Source: Janthinobacterium sp. (GTDB lineage Bacteria > Pseudomonadota > Gammaproteobacteria > Burkholderiales > Burkholderiaceae_D). Taken from it: a stretch of DNA of 64,000 nucleotides. The notes beneath the pieces are model-generated. The model saw only the letters and a list, made by a program, of their open reading frames with translations. It searched no databases and was not told where the DNA came from. Each line of letters begins with the position of its first letter. Positions within the stretch are counted from its first letter, which is position 1. The stretch is from NCBI GenBank assembly GCA_031431155.1, contig JANPCW010000204.1, forward strand, positions 2,461 through 66,460, read 5' to 3'. The translations under genes and the position numbers were made by a program. Below, piece by piece: positions 28,701-34,441 of this stretch.

Positions 28701-31700
28701 ACGTGGCTCGCCAGATCGACAAAAGCGTCGTGCGAATAGTTCAGGTGGTCCTGGTCCTCTTTGGCCTTGACATAGGTGCCGAAGCCGATGTCGGCAAACG
28801 AGAAGCGTGTTTTTACACCCTCCGGGGTAACGTCTTTGCCTTCTCGAAGTTCTGGTCCATCGCGCACAACGATGTCCAAGCGCGGCGGGATCATCTGCGC
28901 GTTGCGCGTCGGCAGGGCGATGGTTTTCTCGTTCTCGATCAGGTGTTTTGTCCACTCTGATTTGGAGCGAAGCTGCTGGAAGTCTCTGTCCACTGGCCGC
29001 CAGATTTTGCTGTTGACAACCGCCAAGCCCTTGTCGTTCAACAAGCTGCTGTAGAAGCGTTGTTCGGCGTCGTGCTCTTTTTCTTTTGCCGCATCGACGT
29101 AGCGTTCATCGAATTGCTCGGCGGCCTCTTTCACGGATGACTTGCCTTGCGCAAACTCGATCAGCGCACGAACCTTGCCGACGTACTCGGCGGCCACGTC
29201 CTGGAGCCACTTGATGCGATAGGCGGAGTCAGATTGGAACTTGTCGCGGTCCTCTGATGTCAGGTTGCCTGGATACCTGTCGCCCTCAAGCATGTAGTCG
29301 GTGTTGCTCTTGTCGCTATTCCTCCACGCGGAATTTCCCAGCCAAAAATACGACTTGTCCAGCCATTCCTTGAAGGTTTCGGTGTTGCCGCGAATGTGCT
29401 CAATGTAGAGCCGGAAGCCTGGGCTCACGCCATCCGGGAGCAATGGCTCGAACAGGCTGGCCCGCGCAGTGGCGCGCTCGATCTGCGCCCATGCTGTGGT
29501 CGCGTCGCTCTCGTCGGCTTTCATCTGGTCGCGCAACTGCTCGTACCAGCGGCGAAGATCGACCCCGGTGTTCTCCAGCTTGTTGACTGGCACCCCTTCG
29601 TACCACGCATTGCCTTCGGTGGTTTTCATCCAGCGGCGGCCGGCTTTGTACCCAAGCATGCGCGATGGCATTTCGCCGCCGTGCATCGTGCTCTTGGTCT
29701 TGCCTCTGAGCGCGTGGTCCCACCCAGACGTGAATGCCACTTGCTGCTCGGGCGTCAGCACCGGGTCGATGCCCTTCATGGCGTCGTCGATGGCGCCCTG
29801 GCGGACTTCGGGCTTGCGGTGTTTCTGTTTTTCCAATTCGGCCTGCTTCACCTTGATCTTCTGTTCTGCGACTTTGACGAGGCGCTGAATCTGGAACGGC
29901 GCCAGCTTCGTGTCGCCAAGCAACTCCGTGACGCGGGCGATCAGTTCCTCGCGCGACTTTCCAACCATGTCTGGGTCGTTCGCCAGCGCGTTGAAAACTT
30001 CCGACTGCTTGATGCGCTTGGCCTTGGGCGTGTTGTCCTCTGCGGCCGGTGGCTTGGGTGTCGGCGGCGCTGGCTGGGTCTTGCTTGGCTCTGCCTTTTT
30101 CGGCGACCGCACCTTTCCTTGGATCACTGGGTCAAGCTCGTCCCATGGCGTGTTTGAGAACTGGCGGATTTGGTCGCCATCAACATAACCGGCATCGCGC
30201 AGCATCTTGGCTCGCACTGGCACTGCGGCTGCATCCCATCCGTCTTTGGTGGCGTCTTTCCCGGCAGGCTCCTTGGGCGGCTTTTGCGGCTCCGCTATCG
30301 TTCCTCCGCCACCAGTTCCGGTTGGTGGCGGCGGAGTCCCCGGCTTTGTCCATGGCATCATTCCGGCCCCTGGCGGATCGTCCTCGGTCCCCGGCTCGGT
30401 TTTGTCTTTGGGTGGCATGGCGGCCCCGCCGGCCGACGTAGATTCGCCGCCAATGGTTCCGCCGCCTTGTGCAGGTGGTGCTACCGGGCCGCTGCCTGAG
30501 ACACCAGTTCCACCCGCCGTTCCTGCGCCTGGCGTTTGCGGTCCCGCGCCAGGAGCATTGCCGCCACCTGGATTTCCAAGTCCTCCGGTGGGGGTGGGTG
30601 CTTGTCCGGGTGGCTGTTGCGCTTGGCCTTGCTGGGCTTCTGTTTTTTTACCATGTGCATCGCCCTTCGTTGTCGGAATGATGTTTTTTGCGACCGATGA
30701 CGGGCCTACAATAGGCGTCGCGGGTGGCGTTGATGCGTCACCCGCGACTGGCACATCATTACTGGTTGGAGTAACAGCATGCTTACTGTCAAGTGTAGTT
30801 GGTGCGGCGCCGCCGTCACTAGGCACCCGTCCCTCATTCTGAGGGCGCCCAACGTCTTCTGCTGTCGTCGATGTTCTGGACTGCACAGGGCTTCTGCCAC
30901 GCCCATCGTCAACAAAACCAGCGGCGCCTTTTATCCCTGCGTTCGTTGTGGCAAGGCCGTCTATAGGCAAGTCTGCCGAATGAAGACCCTCAAGGAGGGC
31001 AGGGTGTTTTGCGGCCACGCTTGCTACCAAGCGCATGATCGAGGAGGAGGCATCAACTCCGATGGTTACCGCGTTATCACCGTCGCCCCGTACACCACCA
31101 AAATCGAGCATCGATGGATCATGGAACAGCATCTCGGGCGTGAGCTTTTGGCGACTGAGCACGTTCACCACATCAACAGGGATAAGCTTGATAACCGCCT
31201 TGAGAACCTCGTCGTTCTTTCCGATAGCGAGCATATGTCGCTTCACAGAAGACACCGCCTCACTATCGATGACATCAAACCCTTTGTTTCCTGTGGTCGT
31301 ACTTCCACCGAAATCGCTGTTGCCTTCGGGGTTGACCGATCCACCGTCACTCGCTTGCTTCACTCCAATGGACTGATTGCCAGTCGAATCAGTCGGCAAT
31401 AAAGCGGTCGGCAGCAGTCCTGCTGCGATCTTGGAAATCGGGCCGACAACGGGGATGCCATTCCCAACGGGCGGCATCGGGCCAAGCTGCGGCCCATTGT
31501 TGTATCCCATCGCGCCAGCCGAAAGCGGCGGGGCGGGCGGCGGGATGACGGTGTTGGTCGCTGCCGTGATGGGGCCTGAGGGCGGCGGGATGGCGGCGAA
31601 GCCACCACCGAGAACGGCCCCAGCCAGAGCGCCCTCGGTCACGGCGCGAGCCATGCCCTCGGTGATTGGTTTGCCTTCGGCCCAGTTCTTCGCCGCCGAT

Positions 31701-32494
31701 TCGATGGCAGATTGCGGGCCTTCCTCGAACAAAGCCTCGCTCACCATGCCGCTTGGCACCCGCTTGTAAATCGGCGGGGCAACGGCGCCTGCTGTACGCG
31801 CACCACCGGCAATCGCCACGTCTGGGTCCAGGAATCCGAAGCGTTGCGCGATGCGGCCGCCGCCATAGCCAACGACGCCGCCAAGCGCTCCGGCGCCAAG
31901 CGATGCGAGGGCGGCCCTTTGCGGGTCCACGGCCGGGTCGATTTCCTTCATGGACCCGCCGGCAATGATGGAGCCTTCGCCAATCGCCGCGCGGGCTGGG
32001 CCTGATGCTATTCCGCCAATGACCCCCAGGGCACGGCCAGCCAACCCACCCGCAAACATTGGCGCGATTGAGCGCGCCACGGTCATGGCGGTGGCGCGTG
32101 GATTGTCGATGTATGCACGCGCCACGTCCCAGGCTGTAGTGTTTGGGTCTTTCCAGGCTGTATCAACGGCTCCTTGCTGGGCCTGCGTCTCGGTAGAAAG
32201 TTGCGCGTTTGTTTCGTCTTCCCACTTGCCGGGCTGAAACCCGGTGGCCGTGCCAACCCGGTCGGCCAAGCGGCTGATTGGACGGTCGAACCCAGCAAGA
32301 CCAAGCGGTATGTCCGCCACGCCCGTCAGTAGTCCGGGGATGCTTTGCACACCCTGCTTGAGCCCAGCCCCCAGGTCTTGCGTCAGTGTGCGTCGCGGCG
32401 CAAGTGTTGCCGTATCTGAATCGACGGCGACGCCGCCAAATTCATCGGTCCCGCCATCTACAAGTTCACCGCCAAATTGGTCTTTTGCCATCAT
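16763..32494 (-). CDS. giant polyvalent virion/ejection protein (5,243 aa): N6-adenine DNA methyltransferase, Sbno/SNF2-type helicase, two HExxH metallopeptidase-like modules and a C-terminal membrane-associated module
   Basis: The ORF is uninterrupted and its ATG overlaps the upstream stop (ATGA at 32491-32494). Motifs are located in the sub-features below. The hydrophobic segment IIAGGALLGVMQALALAAAGF lies near 17690-17760. The gene sits where podoviruses encode internal or ejection proteins. Confidence 0.85.
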   Translation of the reverse strand: MMAKDQFGGELVDGGTDEFGGVAVDSDTATLAPRRTLTQDLGAGLKQGVQSIPGLLTGVADIPLGLAGFDRPISRLADRVGTATGFQPGKWEDETNAQLSTETQAQQGAVDTAWKDPNTTAWDVARAYIDNPRATAMTVARSIAPMFAGGLAGRALGVIGGIASGPARAAIGEGSIIAGGSMKEIDPAVDPQRAALASLGAGALGGVVGYGGGRIAQRFGFLDPDVAIAGGARTAGAVAPPIYKRVPSGMVSEALFEEGPQSAIESAAKNWAEGKPITEGMARAVTEGALAGAVLGGGFAAIPPPSGPITAATNTVIPPPAPPLSAGAMGYNNGPQLGPMPPVGNGIPVVGPISKIAAGLLPTALLPTDSTGNQSIGVKQASDGGSVNPEGNSDFGGSTTTGNKGFDVIDSEAVSSVKRHMLAIGKNDEVLKAVIKLIPVDVVNVLSRQKLTPEMLFHDPSMLDFGGVRGDGDNAVTIGVDASSSIMRLVASVAAKHPALLEGLHSADLPIDGLATTNAGIKGAAGFVDDGRGRSPVQSRTSTTAEDVGRPQNEGRVPSDGGAAPTTLDSKHAVTPTSNDVPVAGDASTPPATPIVGPSSVAKNIIPTTKGDAHGKKTEAQQGQAQQPPGQAPTPTGGLGNPGGGNAPGAGPQTPGAGTAGGTGVSGSGPVAPPAQGGGTIGGESTSAGGAAMPPKDKTEPGTEDDPPGAGMMPWTKPGTPPPPTGTGGGGTIAEPQKPPKEPAGKDATKDGWDAAAVPVRAKMLRDAGYVDGDQIRQFSNTPWDELDPVIQGKVRSPKKAEPSKTQPAPPTPKPPAAEDNTPKAKRIKQSEVFNALANDPDMVGKSREELIARVTELLGDTKLAPFQIQRLVKVAEQKIKVKQAELEKQKHRKPEVRQGAIDDAMKGIDPVLTPEQQVAFTSGWDHALRGKTKSTMHGGEMPSRMLGYKAGRRWMKTTEGNAWYEGVPVNKLENTGVDLRRWYEQLRDQMKADESDATTAWAQIERATARASLFEPLLPDGVSPGFRLYIEHIRGNTETFKEWLDKSYFWLGNSAWRNSDKSNTDYMLEGDRYPGNLTSEDRDKFQSDSAYRIKWLQDVAAEYVGKVRALIEFAQGKSSVKEAAEQFDERYVDAAKEKEHDAEQRFYSSLLNDKGLAVVNSKIWRPVDRDFQQLRSKSEWTKHLIENEKTIALPTRNAQMIPPRLDIVVRDGPELREGKDVTPEGVKTRFSFADIGFGTYVKAKEDQDHLNYSHDAFVDLASHVGASLSGIGFGGKMHFLIGALGRGKFAATFHPAHPSPNGPVKAINVTNTKGDGTLAHEWHHAIDDMMGGDWATVRGMFLRYLKQQAPTVDAVEKRAMDFLFGGTYWTHLGDRKDKVNHATYAMTRGFSDKSTAYKQNADILGKKYWGNDKELFARAGEAWVADTLGFRSDYLVNAAWVGEGNVTKAKGFRGTPYPTGTERALFNKLYATLFKSITWKDGKPTVSREAFEKNLPEEIQDGQRRMKDLSDPENMRVFYQEEIARRAQEAEAKTRAEQEELDRLAEEKEAELAPPIVDAPAEPSGDLTDTDLENLFDEAAAELSESEQETPDAPPEPAPKADSGAWTPEKLARENPTAANLIGQAAQLGVTGINEALTGLAKLFGSKPGRLNSFPGGFDEDAYKEAKPHFSAALKAFQDAGKTLKELFKFLIEQFGDGIKEYAIRFAKDEGLTAQLGAKSSASMTLAKRVQGILEKGLAFDWRALFEEADEAFGGTQAEGKYTPKDAYDAMEAGVNLHLMRNGITFNPNTDRASAILAVESLKKITALLPTQTKRTEEMDKFQQFSTVPPFAFIANWAANVTSADTMLEPSAGIGGLTVFAKNAGAKLILNELSSRRAAVLQDLFPGATVYHENAEHISNFLPDSAQPTVVVMNPPFSAAANNLKNNSAIGAKHIEQGLSSLVDGGRLVAISGEGMEWGKPAFREWWARIAAKHHVRAVIPVDGSGYAKYGTTFNNVLIVIDKVAPPKDGAKPITTGVSDYTELIALLEGVRNDRPNAKGATNDRDQLERDDAESERDAPDDAATPDGPAGPIDTGPTAGVGAGEPGGRPGVGGGRGGGGGGGGGGRPGGRLPQPGKRGNRDSEKPGGGGQSDPDAGSGPDTAGGATGVNVGSETTQAGELTDSIFEGYTPQRLQVEGAKPHPGALVQSAAMASVLPPAPTYTPNLPKKTITDGLLSLAQIEAVVYAGQAHEQLLPRDSNLVEARRGFFIGDGTGPQPLTAKVLTPTGWRTMGDLVEGDEVIAVDGTPTRVTGVFPQGVLSTYKLTFSDGSSTEASGEHLWLTQTRQERSFQKQGRGVTYGPPKLRTTDMLATDVRKLHSIPLVAPVQFPKKPVSINPWLLGVLLGDGCLRQSSAQLVCAEPEMVEMVEAALPHGLMARKVVSRDYHYDIVKAGGRQWSGMDRQSNPLLVALRNLGLAGAGAADKFIPDDYKINSVETRLAILRGLMDTDGHAAKHNGSAIYYTISARLADDVVFLCRSLGGVATRSIKKTTHRDCHVVYVKLPSGVNPFSLGRKATRVRASWEKYSPQRILRSVEPIGERECQCISVAHDQHLYLTDDLIVTHNTGKGRMIGGILLDNLRQGRKKHVWVSEKQGLMNDAKRDFKGVGGDESIIFNQNKTGAEGKIDAKNGIIFTTYSTLRSAAKSQRTGAAIHGMSVVAKGQSRLDQLVNWLGKDFDGVIAFDEAHNAGNAIAIKGERGASQPSAQAMAVVELQKQLPKARVVYVSATGATEVSNLSFATRLGLWGMGTPFPSVHSFVEKMVAGGLATMELVARDMKQMGAYIARSLSFDGVTYSRAEVEHKLTPLQRDIYNKLAEAWQLTLRRMNEAMSTTDAAGPNGEKKPNRAKANMKSAYWGAQQRFFNQIITSMQMPTIIDAVEQDLKAGDAVLLQLVNTNEAQQERALAKRAEDDESDDLEDLDLTPRDQLLEMVAKAFPVIQYEDDVDPEGNRISVPVMNADGTPMLNKEAVKMREQLLKDLREIRVPDGPLEIILNHFGPDITAEVTGRKQRVVRKPDKNGDIKAQIEQRGASAAKADAEAFMADKKRIIVYSDAGGTGYSFHADRTQKNQRKRQHYLIQPGWRANKAVQGMGRSHRTNQASEPHYKLASTDIPAHKRFLSAIARRLDQLGALTKGQRDTSSGGLFNESDNLESKYATQATRQLVDDIKRGQVVGVSFVDFLEQMGLEDIVDPNTGNIAESKYPPTRQFLNRLLSMGLEMQELVFAAFMSRIEEKVEVARSRGELDTGMQTIKAIETKVTQEEVIHTDPRTGAETTYVELEVTQPNRFYSLPSEKTQGAPIEWVVNVKSGRIWAKVKSGTITNKNGSISDRYRMLGTGGTTIKVREEFEEISGGRWVKNGKYRAATPEEAEALWDKETQARPPTFTEKLHMIVGAMLPIWDRLETDGTIQVARTNTVDGRRLLGKIIHPKDVDDIKKRLNISAPKIETSEVMRRILRGEVAELANGWKLARAKVSDELRIEIGGNGRTIYEASQRELVSYGVIKERIAWAERLFVPVGPDGWKVLDRIFETKPLVELKDPNKKDDGPAARNDGSNPPAASRKAGRTNTPNVGMASMVAAQIKSKWKNGPKIVVVSTASELPANLRGGAMASDSGGSVEGLFDNGTVYLVADRLPDARAVRRVVMHETLGHFGLRGVFGAGLNAVLDGLIAMNGAKVKAAAARLKIDYDTLDGRREAAEELLAYMAQNEPTLGWVRRAVAAIRTWLRENIPGLSMGLSDAEIIRDYLLPARAFVEGGGPAAPGGGSRVRASTRAPTFFSALSREIATLEAKALPAMGWMGAIKSLINKGKIKQDEVTWSGIEEWLGLQEGRITKEQVAEYLDANGVQVKVVTLEQGGEKNRTTSTDAEGRPVETMTLVPDRTKFSKWRLPGGIEYKEELMTLAAPTTENKFKGGHWAERNVLAHVRRDVVIGDDGKSYVRVIELQSDWQAASKKKGSGGKPVGFATPFTGKVPKITAENLTVRELLAREGAAGQEWLDGRNEMRADMKERPLGPDDMLQTTFEDGKRTRLTDRINQTPEQAAQRLTALRGDWLQKERREHDAGNKTARRPPAAPFVTHTDKWLTLALKRIMVAAAQEGHDGVVFITGDQAADMFALINQVDTLVARKQGGSYAILAEKDGDTVIDTDVKESELEATVGKDLAARIIADGGGEYSGLDLKVGGEGMLDFYDKIVPIAVNKLLAKLGGGAVADVAFADTDMQFSVERHADGLWYVEDASGQASGAGHSDKAVALKESRDRGDRLGIAPPGQQPGFTITDKMRENVRWGLPLFSKNMQRARLDRLERIVDNARSGVRYSRAVIAGQTNRQYTPAAGQTPLGLTGGANGTWVAPEPSKLDNLIYFLQDKMIDGKRVLEAVVAQGQAIADALDVYLQEELYYGRAAKGTHDFIDKELRPLIEDVTTRGVKMDDFEAYLHARHAEEANDAIETRDPTVTDGSGMETQEAADYLSNLDPATKRAYESLAVRVDAITAKTRQTWVDYGLTSRDDVAGMEQAFQHYVPLHRESMENGPGIGQGFSIRGPETRRRKGSKRAVVNILANIAIQREKAVVRGEKNRVGMALYGLAKMNPNSDFWKIAKPGVTTAISTETGSPVDVLDMSYQGKENVIMFRAPDGTGRIVQRGVEFNERDPRALRMARTLKNLDGAQLGEVLGTTAKATRYFASINTQYNPVFGVVNLVRDLQGAMLNLTTTPIAGKQAAVLSYTLSALRGIYIDARDVRAGNSAVSAWAQEWEEFQNEGGQTGFRDLFRTSQERAEEIQREFKKASEGKFIRFGRAVFDWLSDYNAAMENAVRLAAYKVGKEQGMTKQRAASMAKNLTVNFNRKGEIGLQAGALYAFFNASVQGTARLAKTLKGPAGKKIIAGGALLGVMQALALAAAGFDDEEPPDFVRERNLILPIGGKEYLTVPMPLGLHVIPGVGRIAAEFTLSGFRNPAKRIGQLVSMVADAFNPTGNAGLSIQTVTPTVLDPLAALSENKDWTGRPIAREDFNKLNPTPGFTRAKDTASSASKMVSQALNYISGGSHYKPGLFSPTPDQIDYLIGQLTGGVGREAMKAEQTVASAFTGEDLPTYKVPLLGRFYGDAEQQSSQSNAFYNNLKAINEHEAELKGRRKAGEPTAEYLTENPEARLVMMANAVERDVSQLRKRKRELMAKDASKESVKLIEQQIANKQRRFNEAVRSVTDRKAA
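21425..21442 (-). other. HExxH motif 2 (HETLGH, aa 3685-3690) of the giant protein
   Basis: The context VRRVVMHETLGHFGLRGVFG resembles a SprT/ArdC-type metallopeptidase. Confidence 0.55.
23050..25860 (-). other. Strawberry-notch/SNF2-like superfamily-2 helicase domain of the giant protein (interrupted by an intein)
   Basis: The P-loop GFFIGDGTG|TGKGR is split at 24677-25726. DEAH lies at 24311-24322. C-terminal helicase motifs are YSDAGGTGYSFHAD and QGMGRSHRTNQ (about 23080-23250). Confidence 0.75.
24677..25726 (-). mobile_element. intein (350 aa) with a LAGLIDADG homing endonuclease, inserted in the helicase P-loop
   Basis: It spans P2257 to N2606. It ends in VTHN followed by a +1 Thr. LAGLIDADG motifs are LLGVLLGDGCL and LRGLMDTDGH. 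Block B is GEHLW and block F is ECQCISV. Removing it restores GDGTGTGKGR. Confidence 0.8.
26480..27040 (-). other. N6-adenine DNA methyltransferase domain of the giant protein
   Basis: Motif I is LEPSAGIGGL (about 26924-26947). Motif IV is NPPF (26741-26752, aa 1915-1918). Confidence 0.75.
28520..28534 (-). other. HExxH motif 1 (HEWHH, aa 1321-1325) of the giant protein
   Basis: The context GDGTLAHEWHHAIDDMMGG resembles the zincin-like modules of large polyvalent proteins. Confidence 0.5.
30779..31402 (+). CDS. HNH homing endonuclease (207 aa) encoded antisense within the giant ORF
   Basis: A GGAG at 30768-30771 lies 7 nt before the ATG. The N-terminus has two Cys4-type zinc-finger pairs. 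The HNH_3 core is GYRVITV...EHRWIMEQHLGRELLATEHVHHINRDKLDNRLENLVVLSDSEHMSLH. The C-terminal HTH is TSTEIAVAFGVDRSTVTRLL. Confidence 0.85.
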   Translation: MLTVKCSWCGAAVTRHPSLILRAPNVFCCRRCSGLHRASATPIVNKTSGAFYPCVRCGKAVYRQVCRMKTLKEGRVFCGHACYQAHDRGGGINSDGYRVITVAPYTTKIEHRWIMEQHLGRELLATEHVHHINRDKLDNRLENLVVLSDSEHMSLHRRHRLTIDDIKPFVSCGRTSTEIAVAFGVDRSTVTRLLHSNGLIASRISRQ

Positions 32495-34407
32495 GGCTTC
32501 CGGTACGTTTTTCCGTCGGCGCCCGTGTAGGTGGCTCCCTTGGGCAGTTTGTCAAACTCAGCCTGCGAGGCAATCTTGGGCGCGGCCTTCTGCGCCGTGG
32601 CCCCGATTTCTTCCCTTTGGCCGGTCTGCTCGTTGATGATCCAGACTCGATCTGGGGTCTTGATGATGTTGTTGTTGGCGTCCACGCTCTGCCCGCCAGC
32701 GGCGGTAACGACTTTGTGGGTTTCGGGAGACTTCCCGTGCATAGCCAGCAGGTTTTGCGCTGCCACCTGCCGCTCTTCCGGCGTCTTGGCGTTTGTGTAC
32801 TTGTCCTGCGCGGCGTTGATCTTCTGCGCTGCTTCGGCAGTGCGCTTCTCTCCGGCCTGGGCAATGCCCAGTTGCCCGCGCTCGATGTCCGTCCGTGCGG
32901 CTGCTGACTTGGCCTGGGCGTCGGTGTTGTATTTCGAGGTCGCCGATTGCGCGTCCTGGCCGCGCTGCGTGGTGGCGTTCTGCATGCCCGCGCGCGTGGT
33001 TTCCCCGGCGCTGCGCTCCATCGCTGCACGGCGTTCGTTCAGGGCCTGGATCACCTGGGATGCCCCAGCCTGCTGCGCCTTCGAGGAAAGGCTCGAACTC
33101 AGGGTGAAGTCGGCGCTGTGCTTGGCGTTGCGGTCATCAATGCCTTGTTCGTATGTCTTGGCGTTCGCAATGGTCCCCGCCAACTGCTTGTCTTGCTTGG
33201 CATAGGCCGCATCGGTTTCGGCCTTCGACGCGGCCAACTGGGCATTTATCTGGTCGGTTACGGCCATGCTGTTGCCGTAGGCGTCCGTGCGGCCGGCGGG
33301 CATGCCTGAAATTGGCCCAGCAGGCGCGGCGACTCCAGGCGTCGCCTGACTTCCGCTGAAACTGATATTCCCGCCACTTAGGCCGGGCTGGATCACGCCA
33401 TCAACTGTCTGGCCTGCATAGCGCGGGTCAAGTCCGGCGGCTGCGGCTTGGTTCTGCGCGCTGATTGGTCCGCCGCGCGCGGCCAGCGGGGCGCCGCTTG
33501 GGGATGCGAAGCTCACGGGGCCAGAGATATTCGTGCCGCTGTACGAGTTGCCGTCGCGCGTGACCTGACCGGACGAAATGGGTCCAGCGGGCGGCGGCGT
33601 GACAGCGCCGGGCAGTGCTGGAGTTGCTGGCGTTGCCGGGGTGGCGAGTTTGGCGGCCCCAGGAGCCGGGTTGTTCCTGCCCTCGTTGCTGTACGAGGCT
33701 TGCTGTGGCACAACAGGCGGCGCGGGTTTCGGCCCATAGTATTCCTCGATGGTCTTGCCGCCCCTGGCGGTTTGCCCAGAAAGCGCCGAGCCAATCGGAG
33801 CAAGCGGATTGGACGAAGGCGCCGTGCCGTCATCTTGCGCTTGTTGTTCAACGATTTGCCGTGTTGCCAGTTCGTCGGCGGTCATCGCGGCGGGCGCCTG
33901 GACAGCCACGGGCGCGGCGGCGGGCTGTTGCGCCAAAGTAAATCCACGGACTGGCCCTTGCGCCATCCCCAGGCCGCCGGGTTGCGTTGCCGCCTTTGGT
34001 AGGGCTTGCGGGACGGTTGGGATTTGCGTGGAGACGGACGGGTTGGTCGCTTGCGCGGGCGCGGCAGGCGGCGCGGCCATCACGGGGGCAGCGACAGGTG
34101 CCGGTGCTTCATTGCTGAACAGACTGGTGTTTGGCTTGGGCTGGTGGTAGTACCCATGCTCGGCCTTGAGCGTGCCGGTCTTGATGGCATCCTTGTTCGC
34201 CATCGCTGCGGTCTTGCCTTTGGGCAGGCTTTTTGCCCGAAGCGTCTTGAGCATTTCCAACAGGCCGGGGGCCTTGGCGAGCATCTTCTTGGAAACGACG
34301 AACTCGCCGGGCGTGTACTTGGCCGGGATTTTGTCGCCGCCGCCTTTGCCGGGCACGACGCCGGCCCGTTTAGAGATTGGGGTTGCCATGTCCATAGGTT
34401 TCTCCAT
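32491..34407 (-). CDS. internal virion / ejection protein (Ala/Pro/Gln-rich)
   Basis: This is a 638-aa ORF directly upstream of, and overlapping, the giant gene. A GGAG favours the MDMATP start at 34395. Confidence 0.6.
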   Translation of the reverse strand: MEKPMDMATPISKRAGVVPGKGGGDKIPAKYTPGEFVVSKKMLAKAPGLLEMLKTLRAKSLPKGKTAAMANKDAIKTGTLKAEHGYYHQPKPNTSLFSNEAPAPVAAPVMAAPPAAPAQATNPSVSTQIPTVPQALPKAATQPGGLGMAQGPVRGFTLAQQPAAAPVAVQAPAAMTADELATRQIVEQQAQDDGTAPSSNPLAPIGSALSGQTARGGKTIEEYYGPKPAPPVVPQQASYSNEGRNNPAPGAAKLATPATPATPALPGAVTPPPAGPISSGQVTRDGNSYSGTNISGPVSFASPSGAPLAARGGPISAQNQAAAAGLDPRYAGQTVDGVIQPGLSGGNISFSGSQATPGVAAPAGPISGMPAGRTDAYGNSMAVTDQINAQLAASKAETDAAYAKQDKQLAGTIANAKTYEQGIDDRNAKHSADFTLSSSLSSKAQQAGASQVIQALNERRAAMERSAGETTRAGMQNATTQRGQDAQSATSKYNTDAQAKSAAARTDIERGQLGIAQAGEKRTAEAAQKINAAQDKYTNAKTPEERQVAAQNLLAMHGKSPETHKVVTAAGGQSVDANNNIIKTPDRVWIINEQTGQREEIGATAQKAAPKIASQAEFDKLPKGATYTGADGKTYRKP

Positions 34408-34441
34408 TTTCCGCCGAATCTAGGCCGGCGGCAAGGTCAAA

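Noticed and set aside
27485-28960. 491-aa plus-strand ORF, and many similar ones, inside the giant gene
   Set aside because: These are shadow frames. Only the plus-strand ORF at 30779-31402 has an SD sequence and a coherent domain architecture.
16763-32494. N4-like virion RNA polymerase as the identity of the giant protein
   Set aside because: I could not find single-subunit RNAP motifs. The recognisable modules are a methyltransferase, a helicase and HExxH peptidase-like domains.
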